Origin: Selaginella moellendorffii
Taxonomy: Eukaryota; Plantae; Lycopodiophyta
Assembly (NCBI RefSeq): GCF_000143415.4
Contig: NW_003314266.1
Coordinates: 3,666,398-3,730,397, forward strand
Length of the DNA stretch: 64,000 bases
Reading direction: 5' to 3'
Shown here: one piece after another, positions 35,998-48,685 of the stretch
Layout of the letters: each line of letters opens with the position of its first letter
How positions within the stretch are numbered: the stretch's first letter is position 1
Notes under the pieces: generated by a model
Told to the model about the DNA's origin: nothing
The model's database searches: none
Seen by the model: only the letters and a program-made list of their open reading frames with translations
Program-made: the position numbers and the translations under genes

Positions 35998-37091
35998 ACC
36001 ACTTTGTGCGCGGGAATGGTGACTTGATACTCCGATTGCCTTTTAGACGTCAATGCCTTGTGTGAAGCTCCGGGGGCTTGTGGTGGTGACGCTCTCCGTG
36101 CGTGCGAGGCTCACGGTCATGGTGGCCACCACAGCCATGCGCGACCACCACCACTGGGAGAAGATAGCGCACTCCAAAGATGGACTGGTGACTATGAAAT
36201 GGGCATCAGGTCATCTGTAGTTGTAGCTTTGAATACATTCTCCCTTCTGGTGTACTAGCGATTTGTAGAAATGGCAGGCCTGATGCTGCTGCTCAGTTTG
36301 ATCGGGGCGAATCATGATCTTGAGTCTTGTTCATGCGCAGCGAAGGTCCCATTGCTAGCCCAGTGCTGAAGATAAATTCTCCATGGCCAATAGTCCTCCA
36401 CTTTGCCAACTTATACTGGGATTTTGTATGGAGAGACGATGATTCAAGCCAACTTGAAGTTTGTGTTGAAGGGGTAGTTTTGACAATAAACATCTCTAAC
36501 GTTTGGAACGGTGACAAGCAAGTTTAGAGCTGGATAGAAAGTTCAGCATTCGAGCTTAGCAATAAGATCGATTTACAACAGCAAGTACGGAGGAAATTGT
36601 AAATAAAATTGAAGTGTCAACCTCATTTTCTTGATTTTCTTTTCATTTTTTCAAATTTTTTTTTCACAGAAAAAGGTTGTTCTAGTTTCCACAGACTATA
36701 CGACTGTGACCAGTAAAACAAAAGCCACTAGGCCTAGTTATATAGAGACGATATTTCAAAGTGTTAATCAGGTAACTGGCGGTTATTTAAATTTTGCATG
36801 AAAAACAATGTTTGCACTTAACAATTGGTGGTGTAAAAATAATGTGCAATCACATCATGTTTTTATTTCATATATTTCACATTTTTTTCCAGGCTAGTAT
36901 TTGTCAACTTTTAGAGTCAAGGTCTTTAATGATACTTCCAAGAAGCATGGTTGCTTTTGCGAGCGACGCAACCGTCAGATTTTGGACTCGATTCTAATCG
37001 TACGACTGTGGCTCGGAGCTGCCTTTTCAGCCGACATTTTCGGACATGGCGATCGCAGTGGTGGAGAGCGAGCTAGGGTTTTGGAGACCAA

Positions 37092-40000
37092 ATGGCGTGG
37101 GGGAGCGCTCTGTGGAGGCGCGTCAAGGTGTTCCGGGTAGCATTGCAGGTCTTCTTGGATTACAGGGTGCGTATCTCTTGCTTTTCGAGAGCTTGCGAGT
37201 GATCCACCGGTCGAAAATTTCCAGGCCGCGCGCAAGAAGGCCGCTGGATTGCCCAAGGAGGATCAGAACCTGCTGTGGGATCGCATCCACCACAGGAATG
37301 CCGAGCGCATTTTGGCGGCGATCACCGAATTGGAGGGACTGTGGGTGAAATTTGGGCAGTATTTATCCACTCGAGCGGATGTTCTTCCGGAAGCTTACAT
37401 CTCCATGTTTCGCCAGCTCCAAGACTCACTACCTCCTCGTCCCATTGCCGAGGCAACTTGCTTTCCTCGTGTTTTTTTTTTTTCCTCTCTTTATTGATCC
37501 TTCTCTTTCGCCAGGTATCCGCTACTATAGAAAAGCAACTGGGAAAACCATTGGACGAGCTGTTCTCAGAGTTCGACCGGAAGCCTTTAGCTACTGCCTC
37601 GGTCAGTTTCTTTCGCCTTCGATTCTTTTTTCTTGTCTTAGAACTCAAGCTAACGTATTGCTTTTTCAACACAGATAGCGCAAGTTCATCGGGCGCGCAT
37701 GAAGGACGGCCGTGATGTCGTAGTGAAAGTCCAACATCAAGGCATTAAGGAGTGCGTATTACAGGTTCTACATTTTAACACCTTTTAGAGGTATTTGTAG
37801 CGTAGAGACTTAATTCTCATGCCAGCCATTGATCGGGAGTCGCTTGTCCAGGACTTGTACAATGCACGAGTGATTGTTGAGTGGGTCGCATGGGCGGAGC
37901 CTGATTACGATTTCGGCCCTGTTCTAGACGAATGGTGCAGAGAAGTTCCCCAAGAGTTGAATTTCAACCAGGAAGCGGGTATGGACATTTCCATGCATGC
38001 TTTGTTTTTTATTTCCTTCAACTACTTCTACTTTTCTTCTTCTCCAGAAAACACCAAGAAAGTAGCACACAACCTCAAATCATGGACCAAAGACGGTACC
38101 ATCAGTATCGATCCTGTTGATGTGCTTCTACCTGAAGTCGTTCAGGTTCATGTTAAGCTTCTTGAAATCCAAGCTGCTGTAACTCGAGTTTTGTTGTTTG
38201 TTGTTAACAGTCGGCCGAGAAAGTCCTGATTCTCACGTACATGGATGGAGTTCACATAAATGATGTGGCTGGCCTTGATAGACTAGGCGTGGACAAGCAA
38301 GCTGCTGTCGAAACTATCACCCGGGCATACGCTCACCAGATATACATCGACGGATTTCTTAATGCCGATCCTCATCCTGGCGAGTGAACTGAAACTAATT
38401 CCTAAAATGCTAACATCTTTTCGTGAACAGGGAATTTTCTAATAAGTACTCAACCACCTTTCCGACCAATTTTACTTGACTTCGGGCTCACAAAGTTTAT
38501 CTCAATGCATTTTAGGCAGTCACTGGCGAAGATGCTTCTTTCTGCTGCCGATGTACGTCGAAAACAAAACAATGCGTGCTAATACTGCTTTGTGTAGGGA
38601 GATTATTCTGCTTTGTTGTCCGCATTTTCTGAGATGGGGCTTGTTCTGAAGCTGGACATGCCAGAAGAGGCGATCGAAATCACCAACTTTTTTTTCCGTC
38701 GTTCTTTGCCGGCTGAGGAATCTGTGGTAAGGTTGTTTTACGTATTTGGACTTTGAGAACATTGAAACTTGACAGGCCGAAATGAAAGAGCTCGTCAAAG
38801 ATAACGATAAGCGCATCCAACGTTTAAAATCCAGGATGGACAGTAAAGAGACTCTTCGTACTCCAGTAAGTGGTCATGTTTCGAATATTTAAAGACCAAT
38901 TTCCGTGACGCTTTCAGGTTTCTGCTTTCCCAACTGACGCTGTGTTTTTCATGCGAGTCCTAGGCCTACTAAGAGGTAAAGCTCTTGTGACTTTCAGAAA
39001 GAGTGGAGAGTCATTAGGATGTTGCAGGACTCTCTTCGGTACTCGGTGCGAGAGTGGTTTATCTTGAGATCATGAAGCCATACGCAGAAGCAGTACTATA
39101 TAGGTTTGTACTGTTTCTATTTGCTGTAGTTTGACACGAAATTAATTGCAGTGGCGGTCGCTCTAATGGTGGGAACGAACTACCAATTTTTGATAGTCCA
39201 TTGCATTCTCAGGCTGAGGTCAAGCTCCATCAACTTTTACGTGAGATGCACAAGCAACAACGGATACTTGGTGTTCAAGTAAGTTTTTTCTATACCAGTT
39301 TTAGTTTAGAACAATGTTTTCCAGGTTTGTGCGTACAAGGATGGAAAAGTTATCGTCGATACAGCGGCTGGTTACCTTGGAAAGTATGATCCTCGCCCGG
39401 TGCGTTGTGACAGTTTGTTTCTGGTGTTCTCCGCCACAAAAGGAGTTACGGCGGCCTTGTTACACTGGCTTGCAGATCACGGGTGAGATTTTTGCGGTTA
39501 TGCCACTAAAGCTGACATCATTTGTACTTCGTTTCCTAGAAAACTATCGCTGGCGGAAAAGATTTCCAGCATCTGGCCCGAGTTTGCGGAGAATCACAAG
39601 GACGCTTGCACAGTAATATTAAATCTTAGATTTTCCTTGTGAGTCTCATTTTCTGTATGACAGGTTGCACATGCCTTGAACCATACCTGTGGCCTACAAA
39701 ATGCGCTGTATGATGTGCTAAGCAAGAATCCTCTGGCTATGTGCGATTGGAGTGAGATGCTAAAGCTCATTGCAGCCGCCAAACCAGAATCACCCCCTGG
39801 CCAAGATCAAATGTACCATGGTCGTTCTTTTGGATGGATATGCGGTGGGATAGCTGAGGTACGACGTTTCTTTGACAGGCCTCGTGCAGTTTTACATTTC
39901 TGTTTCTTTACTTGCAGAAAGCAACCGGGAAAACATTCCAACAACTTATCGAAGAAGCGTTTGTTACACCGCTGAAGGTTACTGGCGAGTTTTACGTCGG

Positions 40001-40817
40001 CATTCCTCCTGGTATAATCCAGACATTCTCTAGTCTATGACATGCGTTATAAAACAAACGTTTCTTACTGGCAGGCGTGGAGGAGCGCCTCGCATCGCTC
40101 ACTATGGATCCCGAGGAGCTCAAGAACATACCCGCGGCATCGCATCTCTCGACGCTGCAAGTAGGGTCGACTAGCGATGGCGTCGGACCGGCGTCACTCG
40201 AAGACTTCCTGACAAACGGATCGCCTCTGTCCTTGAGCTCGCTGCCAAGCCTTTTCAACATGCTCTTCATCAGGCGGGCAACCATCCCATCTGCAAACGG
40301 CCACTTCTCGGCCCGGGCACTGGCGCGCTTCTACGCGATGCTTGCAAGTGGTGGACGCGTCCCCCCCGGCACGTCCTCGTCCAAGCCACCTCTCGGCAGC
40401 CACGCTCATCGACCGCACCTGGGAGGATCCTCGAGGAGCTTGTCATCAGACTTGAGTGGGGGCCAGATCCACTTCCAGGAAGAGGAAGACGCACCGGCAA
40501 AGATCTTCACCAGTGGTGACATCCACGACGCGTTTGTAGGGGGCGGGAGGTACAGCGGCCTGGTTGCTAGAGACGGCGAGAAGTTTGGGCTTGGGTTTTG
40601 GAAGCACAAGACTGCTGATACAGGGAGGAAGAAGATGGCATTTGGACACTCTGGGATTGGGGGTTCGTTTGGCTACTGCGACCCCGACAACGATTTCGCG
40701 ATGGTGATCACGGTGACCAAGATGACGTTCGGGCAAGTGTCGGGTGATATCGTACGACTCGTCTGCTCGGAGATCGGGATCCCATGTCCACTGGCGATGG
40801 AGAGGCCTTCCCAGTGA
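37092..40817 (+). CDS. ABC1 kinase/beta-lactamase-like gene, copy 2 (possibly decaying)
   Basis: Same exon structure as copy 1, with in-frame deletions in the last exon and a GT-to-GC donor change after ADPHPG (about 38380). Confidence 0.85.
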
Positions 40818-41304
40818 GAGATGGTCCATGTATTAATTGGATCATATAGTAGAAACCTTAAACGTTGCATGGGAAGTAAATCGAGTCAACTTATAAAACG
40901 AAAACAAGTCTTGGCCTTACGGTGGTCAATGCTGATCTATCATGAAAACAACTTCCTCTTCAGCCCTTGACTAGAAAACCACCATCGCTCCAATTAATTT
41001 GTGGTCAAGAATATTTTTTAAAAATATTTCTACGTTTTTAACCCCTAAACCTTAGGCCCACAAATAACAAAAATAATGTGCAATCACATAATGTTTTTAT
41101 TTCATATATTTCACATTTTTTTCCAGGCCGCGTAGAACCTCCTTCCAAATGCCATCATTGCTATACCTACAAAATCAAGTGTTATGTATGCAGCTCTGCT
41201 TCATGTGGGAATGCAGATCAGCTACTCTCCTAAAAGCCTTTTTATTCTGGGTGAAGCTTGCCTGAGGATTTATTCTGTCGCTTTAATAACCTAAAAGAAT
41301 AGTC

Positions 41305-42045
41305 TTGGCGGCTTGGCGATGGGGCAGAAGCAGCGTACCGTTTCCATGGGAGGACCTGAATCTGCCGTCTATAGAGGAGCTACGGAACGCTCCCCCTTGT
41401 GTTCTTGCAAAGCTCGAGCTAAGCAACCACGAGCAGCGCCAGTGGCTGCTTGAAAACTCTGCCATCATTGGTTACTCAGGCTGGCTCACCTACGGAATGG
41501 TGGTGGAGCACCTCTGCGCAAGGAATACGCTCCTGCCGCCGCAGGGCGCTGTGCTCGAGGGGAGGATGACGGTTGCTCTGGATCTGGATCCTCCACGTCA
41601 ATTCTGCTGCACCGGCGGAGCCAGTGTGATTTCGAGGTGAGAGATAATGGCAGTCGCAAGTGCATCAAGAAGCTACCGCATCTCGACGAGTTTCTTTACG
41701 CCCTGGCGCTGTTTGCCGAGGTTGTGCTCTTCAGCTCGGCCCCCTACGCAGCTCGCGTTGTCAAGCAGCTGGATCCTCGCGGGACTCGCTTCCGGTACGT
41801 TCTTGGCCTCAGTGATTGCACGCTGTGGCACGACACCCGCCTCGGCAAGGAGGTGGTTGTGCTGGTGGACGACGACCCTGGCTTCTTTTGCCAACCTGGG
41901 AGTGGCAACGAGATTGTGATTGGGAAGTTCACTGGGCAGAGGAGCGACGACGAGCTTCTCAAGCGACTTCCTGTGTTGCAGTCTCTGGCACAGCTCGACG
42001 ACGTGAGGCCTGCTGTGCGCACTTATCAGCAGCCTCCAGCACAAG
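41305..42045 (+). pseudogene. CTD phosphatase pseudogene, copy 2
   Basis: Deletion within DLDNTL and loss of the KDLAILGRDL segment. Confidence 0.85.
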
Positions 42046-42325
42046 GTAATAATAGTTCACTTGTTCTCGATCTAAAACCTTCAATGGTGTTGGTTTTCTA
42101 CGTAGTTGTGAGAGGTCAAGGGCTGAAGAGGACGTGGCGAATGGCTATAGAGGACAAGTATTCGAGGAAGTTGTTTTCATGTTAAGGTTTGGTGAAGTTG
42201 ACGATTAGAATTAGTTGACCAGAACTAAGACTTGTATTCGTTTATAAGTTGACTTAATGCAACGTGGGGTTTCTTATTTGATCCATTTGATGCAGAAGGA
42301 AACAAACCCGGAAGCGGGTATATCC

Positions 42326-42480
42326 AAAAGGTGGCAGCAAGAGACATCATGACCATCGTCGCGTGTGAAGGGCTGGATCGAGTGGACACGTATCGCATCT
42401 GGGATGCTCGGGTGAAGCGAGCAGGCTTCGAAGGGGTGGCAGTGACGGAGGAGATTTACGAGAAAGTGAGTGGCGCCTGC
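42326..42480 (+). pseudogene. GRAS type C 3' fragment, copy 2
   Basis: AARDIMTIVACEGLDRV...RAGFEGVAVTEEIYEKV. Confidence 0.85.
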
Positions 42481-42539
42481 ACGAGCAGGAACAAAGAAGT
42501 TAAAGAAAGAATGTAGCTGGTTACAGGCACAGGGTGGAT

Positions 42540-43788
42540 GACTGGTGTTTGAAGCGCGCTAGCTTCTCAATCGGCTTCCAGACGCTCAAAGCATTGAAAC
42601 CTACATCTTTCTCGTCCATTCAGCAAGTCAAGTTCTCGCAAAACGGACATGACCATCTCGAGCGCTGCGGTCCCAGGTTTTGCACGAGGAGATGCGCTCC
42701 ACACGGTTATGTCCATGGCACCTATGGCACACACCTCGATGAACTTATCCATGAAGTCAAGCTGCGACTGGTCGATCAACCCGAGCTTCATCGTCTCCTC
42801 AAACGACTCCAGCCTTGCCAGGAAGCTCCTCCAGGCCCTGTCGAAGCGGTGGATGAAAAACGGAGAGCCCATGTCTGCGTCCACCACGGACTGGAACAAC
42901 ATAACAGGCTTGAAGCTGAGGGTCTTCTCGAAGAAGAGCTTCCGGGGCTGTCGATGATCCCGTCCTCGCAGACGTGCCGCATCCAAAGGATGATATCTCG
43001 GCTGCGCTGACTCCCATGCCACGGTGGCGACGGAGTGCAACTCGAGGTGCATCCCACACGTAGTCGACCAGCCGGTTTTCTCGAGGTTGACACGGGACGG
43101 GAAGTTAATGCCGGTGATCTTGAATAGTGGCAGCCCCTCAGCTCTCTCGGACAGCGCCTTGATGAGCGACGGCCACTGATCGCCATAGAGGACCCCATAG
43201 TCAATTATGTGGACGCGCTTGGCAGGATCATCTGGTTGGTGAAGCGCTCCATGGCCCGGAGGCTGGGAAGATTCATCCGGATGGAGATACTCTGCATCCT
43301 CGTCACGTCCTGGTGCATCGCAGCGTACATCCGAGCTCCACACCCGGACAGCCTTCTCCACTGGACGCAACTGAGGTGAGGCTAAAGTTCTGATCTCTCT
43401 CACGAGCTCATGGACTTGGGTAGAATTGTTGGCAGCCACGGCGGGTGCAGTCCATGAGCCTTAAGCTGTGGAAAGAGACGGTGGAGGTGCGGAGGAAGAG
43501 AGGCGGCGTCCACGGACGAGGTACTGCTAGCACAAGAATTTGGGGAGAGACAAGGAGACAATTTCCGTGAGCTCGCAGAGCAGTACCAGGTAAGAGGTTT
43601 GCTGTTGTTGTGGCAACTTGAGGCTCCAAGCCATCCTTTTCTTCAAGTATTCTGGTGAGATAGTCGAGCCGCGAGCAATCAAAGAGGGACTGCTGCTCCT
43701 GGGAAGAGATTTGAGCCTGGACTGACTCTAGGAGGATTTGATAGCGCACCAAAGCGGCTCGCAGTTGTAAGCATGGATTGCTGTCCAT
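42540..43788 (-). pseudogene. GRAS type B inverted pseudogene, copy 2
   Basis: MDSNPCLQLRAALVRYQI...; frameshifted, and shares lesions with 31110-32320. Confidence 0.9.
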
Positions 43789-44022
43789 TTGTACAGTAGG
43801 TCGGTAATTTACACTTAATTTTAATGCAACTTTGAATATAGAATAAATGGTGATCTTTCACTAATGTAAATTAAAATCTTTTAATCAAGATTAGTCTTTG
43901 CATCACAGGTGACAAGTGTTTTCTTATTATGAGGATTAGATGGCTATAACAATCAATTTGTGATTGTCAATATGAGGCGTGGAATGGGTGGCACCCGGGG
44001 TCATGGAAAGCCCTAGAATTAG

Positions 44023-45035
44023 TCACTGATGCTTTGATCTCCCGGAGCAAAAACTCTGTGGTCTCGCGATGTCATCAAACTCATCGTCATAACGGCCATC
44101 GTCTTTAGCTAGAAGTAGCAGCAGTGGCAAATAGAGCGTAGGCTTGATCTTCTTCACGCACTCAAGGACGCTGAACCAGGCTTTGTCGCTTATCTGTGAC
44201 GAAGAGGCACACAAGATGAGCATCTCGCTCATCCTCTCTCTCACCAAGCAGCCATTTGCGAATATCTCATAAAAAATCCGAGGTATTCGATTGAAGTCCC
44301 TAGCTTGTGGAGCCTTGATGAGCATCATGTAGAAGGCTGCCTTTGGAAACACGGCCAAGTTCTTGAGCTTGTCACACATGGCCCCGACCTCCACCACCAT
44401 ACCTTTGGTTCATCAAGATCCCGTAAGTCATATGATCTGGCTAATGCTTCTCCTCTTCCATCTCTTGATCAAGCTCTCTGCCCTCTGGATGTTGTCACTC
44501 TCTACACGCACCTTGGGCAACGTGTTGTAGATGAGCTTCCATTTCTTCCGCTTGATGGTGTTGTAGGGCCTGGTGTACATGTCGATGAGGATGCTAAGAG
44601 TTATCTCCGACGGCTCCAAGCCATAGCTTGCCAGCTTGTCAACATCCCTTGGGCGAGCGTGACTTTCCTTGCTCATCCTAGAGTTCCAATCAAAATGTTA
44701 AAGAGAACTTGATCTTGCACTTGCTCCATGTCTGGAAGAGCCGCAAGATCACCTGTTAGTCCCCAACTCTCGAGTAGATGTTTGTGATCACACCAAGTTC
44801 AAGATGAGGGAATTGCCCACCTGGATCTGAACTCGATGGTCCGGGCTTCCAGTTCTTCCGCATTATCTGGTAGAGGTCCATGGTCTATGCCATTCTTCCA
44901 GCCTTCCTGTAGAGGTCGATCATGACACTATATGTAACTCTGTCAGAAGAAACCCCGGTTTCACAAAGCGGCCATGGCATCCTCACGGAACACTTGGAAC
45001 AGCTAACAAAGATGCTGAAAGTGTAATTGTCCACT
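44023..45035 (-). pseudogene. P-class PPR pseudogene, copy 2
   Basis: Near-identical to 32578-33615. Confidence 0.75.
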
Positions 45036-45346
45036 CCCTTATATTAAACCCTTGTTTTTAGTAAAGAACTTTACCACTGTGTTGTAATATACATCCACCC
45101 ATACCAAGTATACATCCCCTCTTGCGGACTTTCCACACTTTGTCTTTTATGTCTGTAGCAAAATAAACTAGTCCACCAAATCTTCTCCTCCTTTTCAATT
45201 CTCAATTATATTGTTTAAAGACTTTTTAATCTCAATTAAATTTTTTATTTTACATTGGTGGAAAATGTCAAACATAAACATGATAGCTCTCTCCAAAACT
45301 ACCACTAGTGATAACAGTGTAAATTCTTGACCTGTGGCTATTACAA

Positions 45347-46774
45347 ATGGACAGCGATCTATGCTTGCAATTGCGAGCCGCTTTGCTGCGCCATCAAATC
45401 CCTCTCGAGCCAGTCCAGGCTCAAATCTCTTCCCAGCAGCATCACTCCCTCTTTGATCGCTCGCGGCTCGACTATCTCACGAGAATTCTGGAAGAAAACG
45501 ATGAGGAGCTCCAGCTGCCACAACAACAGCAAACCTCTTACCAGGTACTGCTCCGCGAGCTCACGGAATGTCTCTCCCCCAATTCTTGTGCTAGCAGTTC
45601 CTTGTCAATGGACACCGCCTCTCCTCCTCATTTTCCCTCGCGCACCTCCACCGTCTCCTTCCACAGCTTGCTCATGGACTGCGCCCGAGCAGTGGCTGCC
45701 AACAATTCCACCAAAGTCCATGAGCTCGTGAGAGAGATCAGAACTTTAGCCTCACCTCAGTCGCGTCCGGTGGAGAAGGCCGCGCTCTACTTCACCAACG
45801 CGCTCGTCGCGAGGCTGGCCGGGTGTGGAGCTCGGATGTACGCCGCGATGCGCCAGGACGTGACGACGATCCAGAGTATCTCCATCCGGATGAATCTTCC
45901 CAGCCTCCGGGCCACGGAGCGCTTCGCCAACCAGATGATCCTCGATGCCTGCCGTGGTGCCAAGCGTGTCCACATCGTCGACTATGGGATCCTCTACGGC
46001 GACCAGTGGCCGTCGCTCATCAAGGCGCTGTCCGAGAGAGCCGAGGGGCCGCCACTGTTGAAGATCACAGGCATCGACTTCCCGTCCCTTGTCAACCTCG
46101 AGAAAACTGGAAACCGGCTGGTCGACTACGCAAAGTCGTGTGGGATGCACCTCGAGTTCCACTCCATCGCCACCGCGGCGTGGGAGTCAGCGCAGCCGAG
46201 ATACCATCTCTTCAGCGAGCTTCTCTTCGTCAACTGCCAGCTGAGGATGCGGCACATCCGCGAGGACGGGATCATCGACAGCCCCCGGAAGCTCTTCCTC
46301 GAGAAGATCCTCAGTTTCAAGCCTGTTATGTTTTTCCAGTCCGTGGTGCACGCTGACATCGGCTCTCCGTTTTTCATCCACCGCTTCGACGGGGCCTGGA
46401 GGAGCTTCCTGGCGAGGCTGGAGTCGTTCGAGGAGACGATGAAGCTCGAATTGATCGACCAGTCGCAGCTTGATTTCATGGATAAGTTCATCGAGAAGTG
46501 CGCCATGGGTGCCATTGCCTGTGACGGGCAGAACCGTGTGGAGCGTATCTCTTCGTACAAAACCTGGGATCGCCTGGCTCGGAAAGGCCAGTTCGGACAG
46601 CTTCCAGTCAGCAAACGAGCGCTCGAGATGGTCATGTCCGTTTGGAGCGGACACGAGAACTTCACGTACGGAATGGACGAGAACTGGCTGCTGCTTGGCT
46701 GGAAAGACGTAGTCTTGAATGCTTTGAGCGTCTGGGAGCCCATTGAGAAGCTACCGCGCTTCAAACACCAGTGA
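45347..46774 (+). CDS. GRAS transcription factor type B copy 2, intact
   Basis: 475-aa ORF; VHIVDYGILYGDQWP, PFFIHRF, NRVER, LSVW. Confidence 0.95.
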   Translation: MDSDLCLQLRAALLRHQIPLEPVQAQISSQQHHSLFDRSRLDYLTRILEENDEELQLPQQQQTSYQVLLRELTECLSPNSCASSSLSMDTASPPHFPSRTSTVSFHSLLMDCARAVAANNSTKVHELVREIRTLASPQSRPVEKAALYFTNALVARLAGCGARMYAAMRQDVTTIQSISIRMNLPSLRATERFANQMILDACRGAKRVHIVDYGILYGDQWPSLIKALSERAEGPPLLKITGIDFPSLVNLEKTGNRLVDYAKSCGMHLEFHSIATAAWESAQPRYHLFSELLFVNCQLRMRHIREDGIIDSPRKLFLEKILSFKPVMFFQSVVHADIGSPFFIHRFDGAWRSFLARLESFEETMKLELIDQSQLDFMDKFIEKCAMGAIACDGQNRVERISSYKTWDRLARKGQFGQLPVSKRALEMVMSVWSGHENFTYGMDENWLLLGWKDVVLNALSVWEPIEKLPRFKHQ

Positions 46775-46908
46775 TCCACCCTGTACCTACATTCTTTTTG
46801 TAACTTCTTTGTTCCTGATCGTGTCCTTCCTGTAAGGAGACGATTTAAATGTCTTCAAAGAACACTCAAGAGGCACTTACCTTGTCATGGAAGTTCTCAA
46901 GTCCATCG

Positions 46909-47412
46909 CTATAGAATCTGAAACATGTAAAGATGTAGTACATCTGAGATCACCATATGGCTGAGACACGTGGTGACACGTGGTGGATCTGGAGAGTCAC
47001 TGACTCTCACCTGTGTATGTATAGAGATGATGATATTTAAGTGATAGAGTTTTTCTCTTCTTCCTTAGTTTTCAACAAAACATACCAGCCACTTGTAGGA
47101 CACGCTTTGGTTGCCAAGCAGTTATCGTGTAAAACACTGTGTCCTTCCACCCCAGCAACATTCAGTTTCCATCTCTTCCAAAGCCGAAGTCAGGGTTCCT
47201 GAAATTTCCACAAGCGCTCCTCACTTTATGGTAAATCTCCTCCTTCAGTGCCACCCCTTCGAAGCCCGAGCATCCCAGATGCGATACAAGGCCGCTCTCT
47301 CCACTCGATCGAGCCCTTCGCACGCGACGATGTTCATGATATCTCCTGCGGCCACCTTTTGAATAAATCCGTGCTCTTCCAGCTTTCCTTCTGCCACCGC
47401 TTCAAAGTACTC
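46909..47412 (-). pseudogene. Truncated 3' end of GRAS type C
   Basis: EYFEAVAEGKLEEHGFIQKVAAGDIMNIVACEG matches 52021-52380; interrupted by a solo LTR and cut at 47412. Confidence 0.88.
46926..47077. mobile_element. 152-bp solo LTR (TG...CA) with 5-bp target-site duplication AAACA
   Basis: aaaca|tgtaaag...ttcaaca|aaaca; the paralogous empty site tgaaacataccagcc lies at about 52031. Confidence 0.85.
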
Positions 47413-47934
47413 GCTCGGGCAAGTGTCGGGTGATATCGTACGACTCGTCTGCTCGGAGATCGGGATCCCATGTCCACTGGCGATGGAGAGGCCTTCCCAG
47501 TGATAGATGGTCCAGGTATCAAATGGGTCAAATAGTAGAAACCTTAAACGTTGCATGGGAAGTACTTATAAAACGAAAACAAGTCTTGGCCTTACGGTGG
47601 TCAATGCTGATCTATCATGAAAACAACTTCCTCAAACCTCTATATCAGCCCGTTTGTCAAGAATATTTTTTAGAAATATTTCTAGGTTTTTAACCCCTAA
47701 ACCTTGGCCACAAATAACTGGCGGATTTTGCATGAACTGTTAAGTGCAAACAGTGGTGTAAAAATAATGTGATGTTTTTATTTCATATAATTCCTCCAAA
47801 AGCTGACATCATTGCCATACCTACAAAATCAAATATGCAGCTGGGAATCCAGATCCTAAAAGCCTTTTTAATCTAAGTGAAGCTTGCCTGCTTTAAAAAC
47901 CTAAAAGAATAATCTTGGCACATCTAAGGGTTTC

Positions 47935-48685
47935 ATGGGCGATCAGCGTACCGTTTCCATGGGAGGACCTGAATCAGAGGAGCTACGGAACGCTCTCCCT
48001 TGTGTTCTTGCAAAGCTGGAGCTAAGCAACCACAAACAGCGCCAGTGGCTGCTTGAAAACTCTGCCATCATTGATTACTCAGGCTGGCTCAGGGAACTGC
48101 TAGAATGCAAGACCTACGGAATGGTGGTAGAGCACCTCTGCGCAAGGAATACGCTCCTGCCGCCGCAGGACGCTGTGCTCGAGGGGAGGATGACGGTTGC
48201 GCTGGATCTGGACAACACACTCATCTCCCCCTCGTCAATTCTCTGGCGGAGCCAGTGTGATTTCGAGGTGAGAGATAATGGCAGTCGCAAGTGCATCGCA
48301 TCTCGACGAGTTCCTGGACGCCCTGGCGCTGTTTGCCGAGGTTGTGCTCTTCAGCTCAGCCCCCTACGCAGCTCGCGTTGTCAAGCAGCTGGATCCACGT
48401 TCTTGGCCTCAGTGATTGCACGCTGTGGCACGACACCCGCCTCGGCAAGGAGGCGCTGTTCAAGGATCTGGCCATCCTCGGCAGGGACTTGCGCAAGGTT
48501 GTGCTGGTGGACAACGACCCTGGCTTCTTTTGCCAACCTGGGAGTGGCAACGAGATTGTGATTGGGAAGTTCACTGGGCAGAGGAGCGACGACGGGCTTC
48601 TCAAGCTACTTCCTGTGTTGCAGTCTCTGGCACAGCTTGACGACGTGAGGCCTGCTGTGCGCACTTATCAGCAGCCTCAAGCACA
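47935..48685 (+). pseudogene. CTD phosphatase pseudogene, copy 3 (most complete)
   Basis: LLPPQ..RMTVALDLDNTLIS...KDLAILGRDLRKVVLVDN...DDVRP, with small frameshifting deletions. Confidence 0.85.

Larger units (their letters stand above)
35998..47412. repeat. Tandem segmental duplication, unit 2
   Basis: Near-identical to unit 1 across ABC1K, CTD pseudogene, inverted GRAS, PPR pseudogene and GRAS B. Confidence 0.9.
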
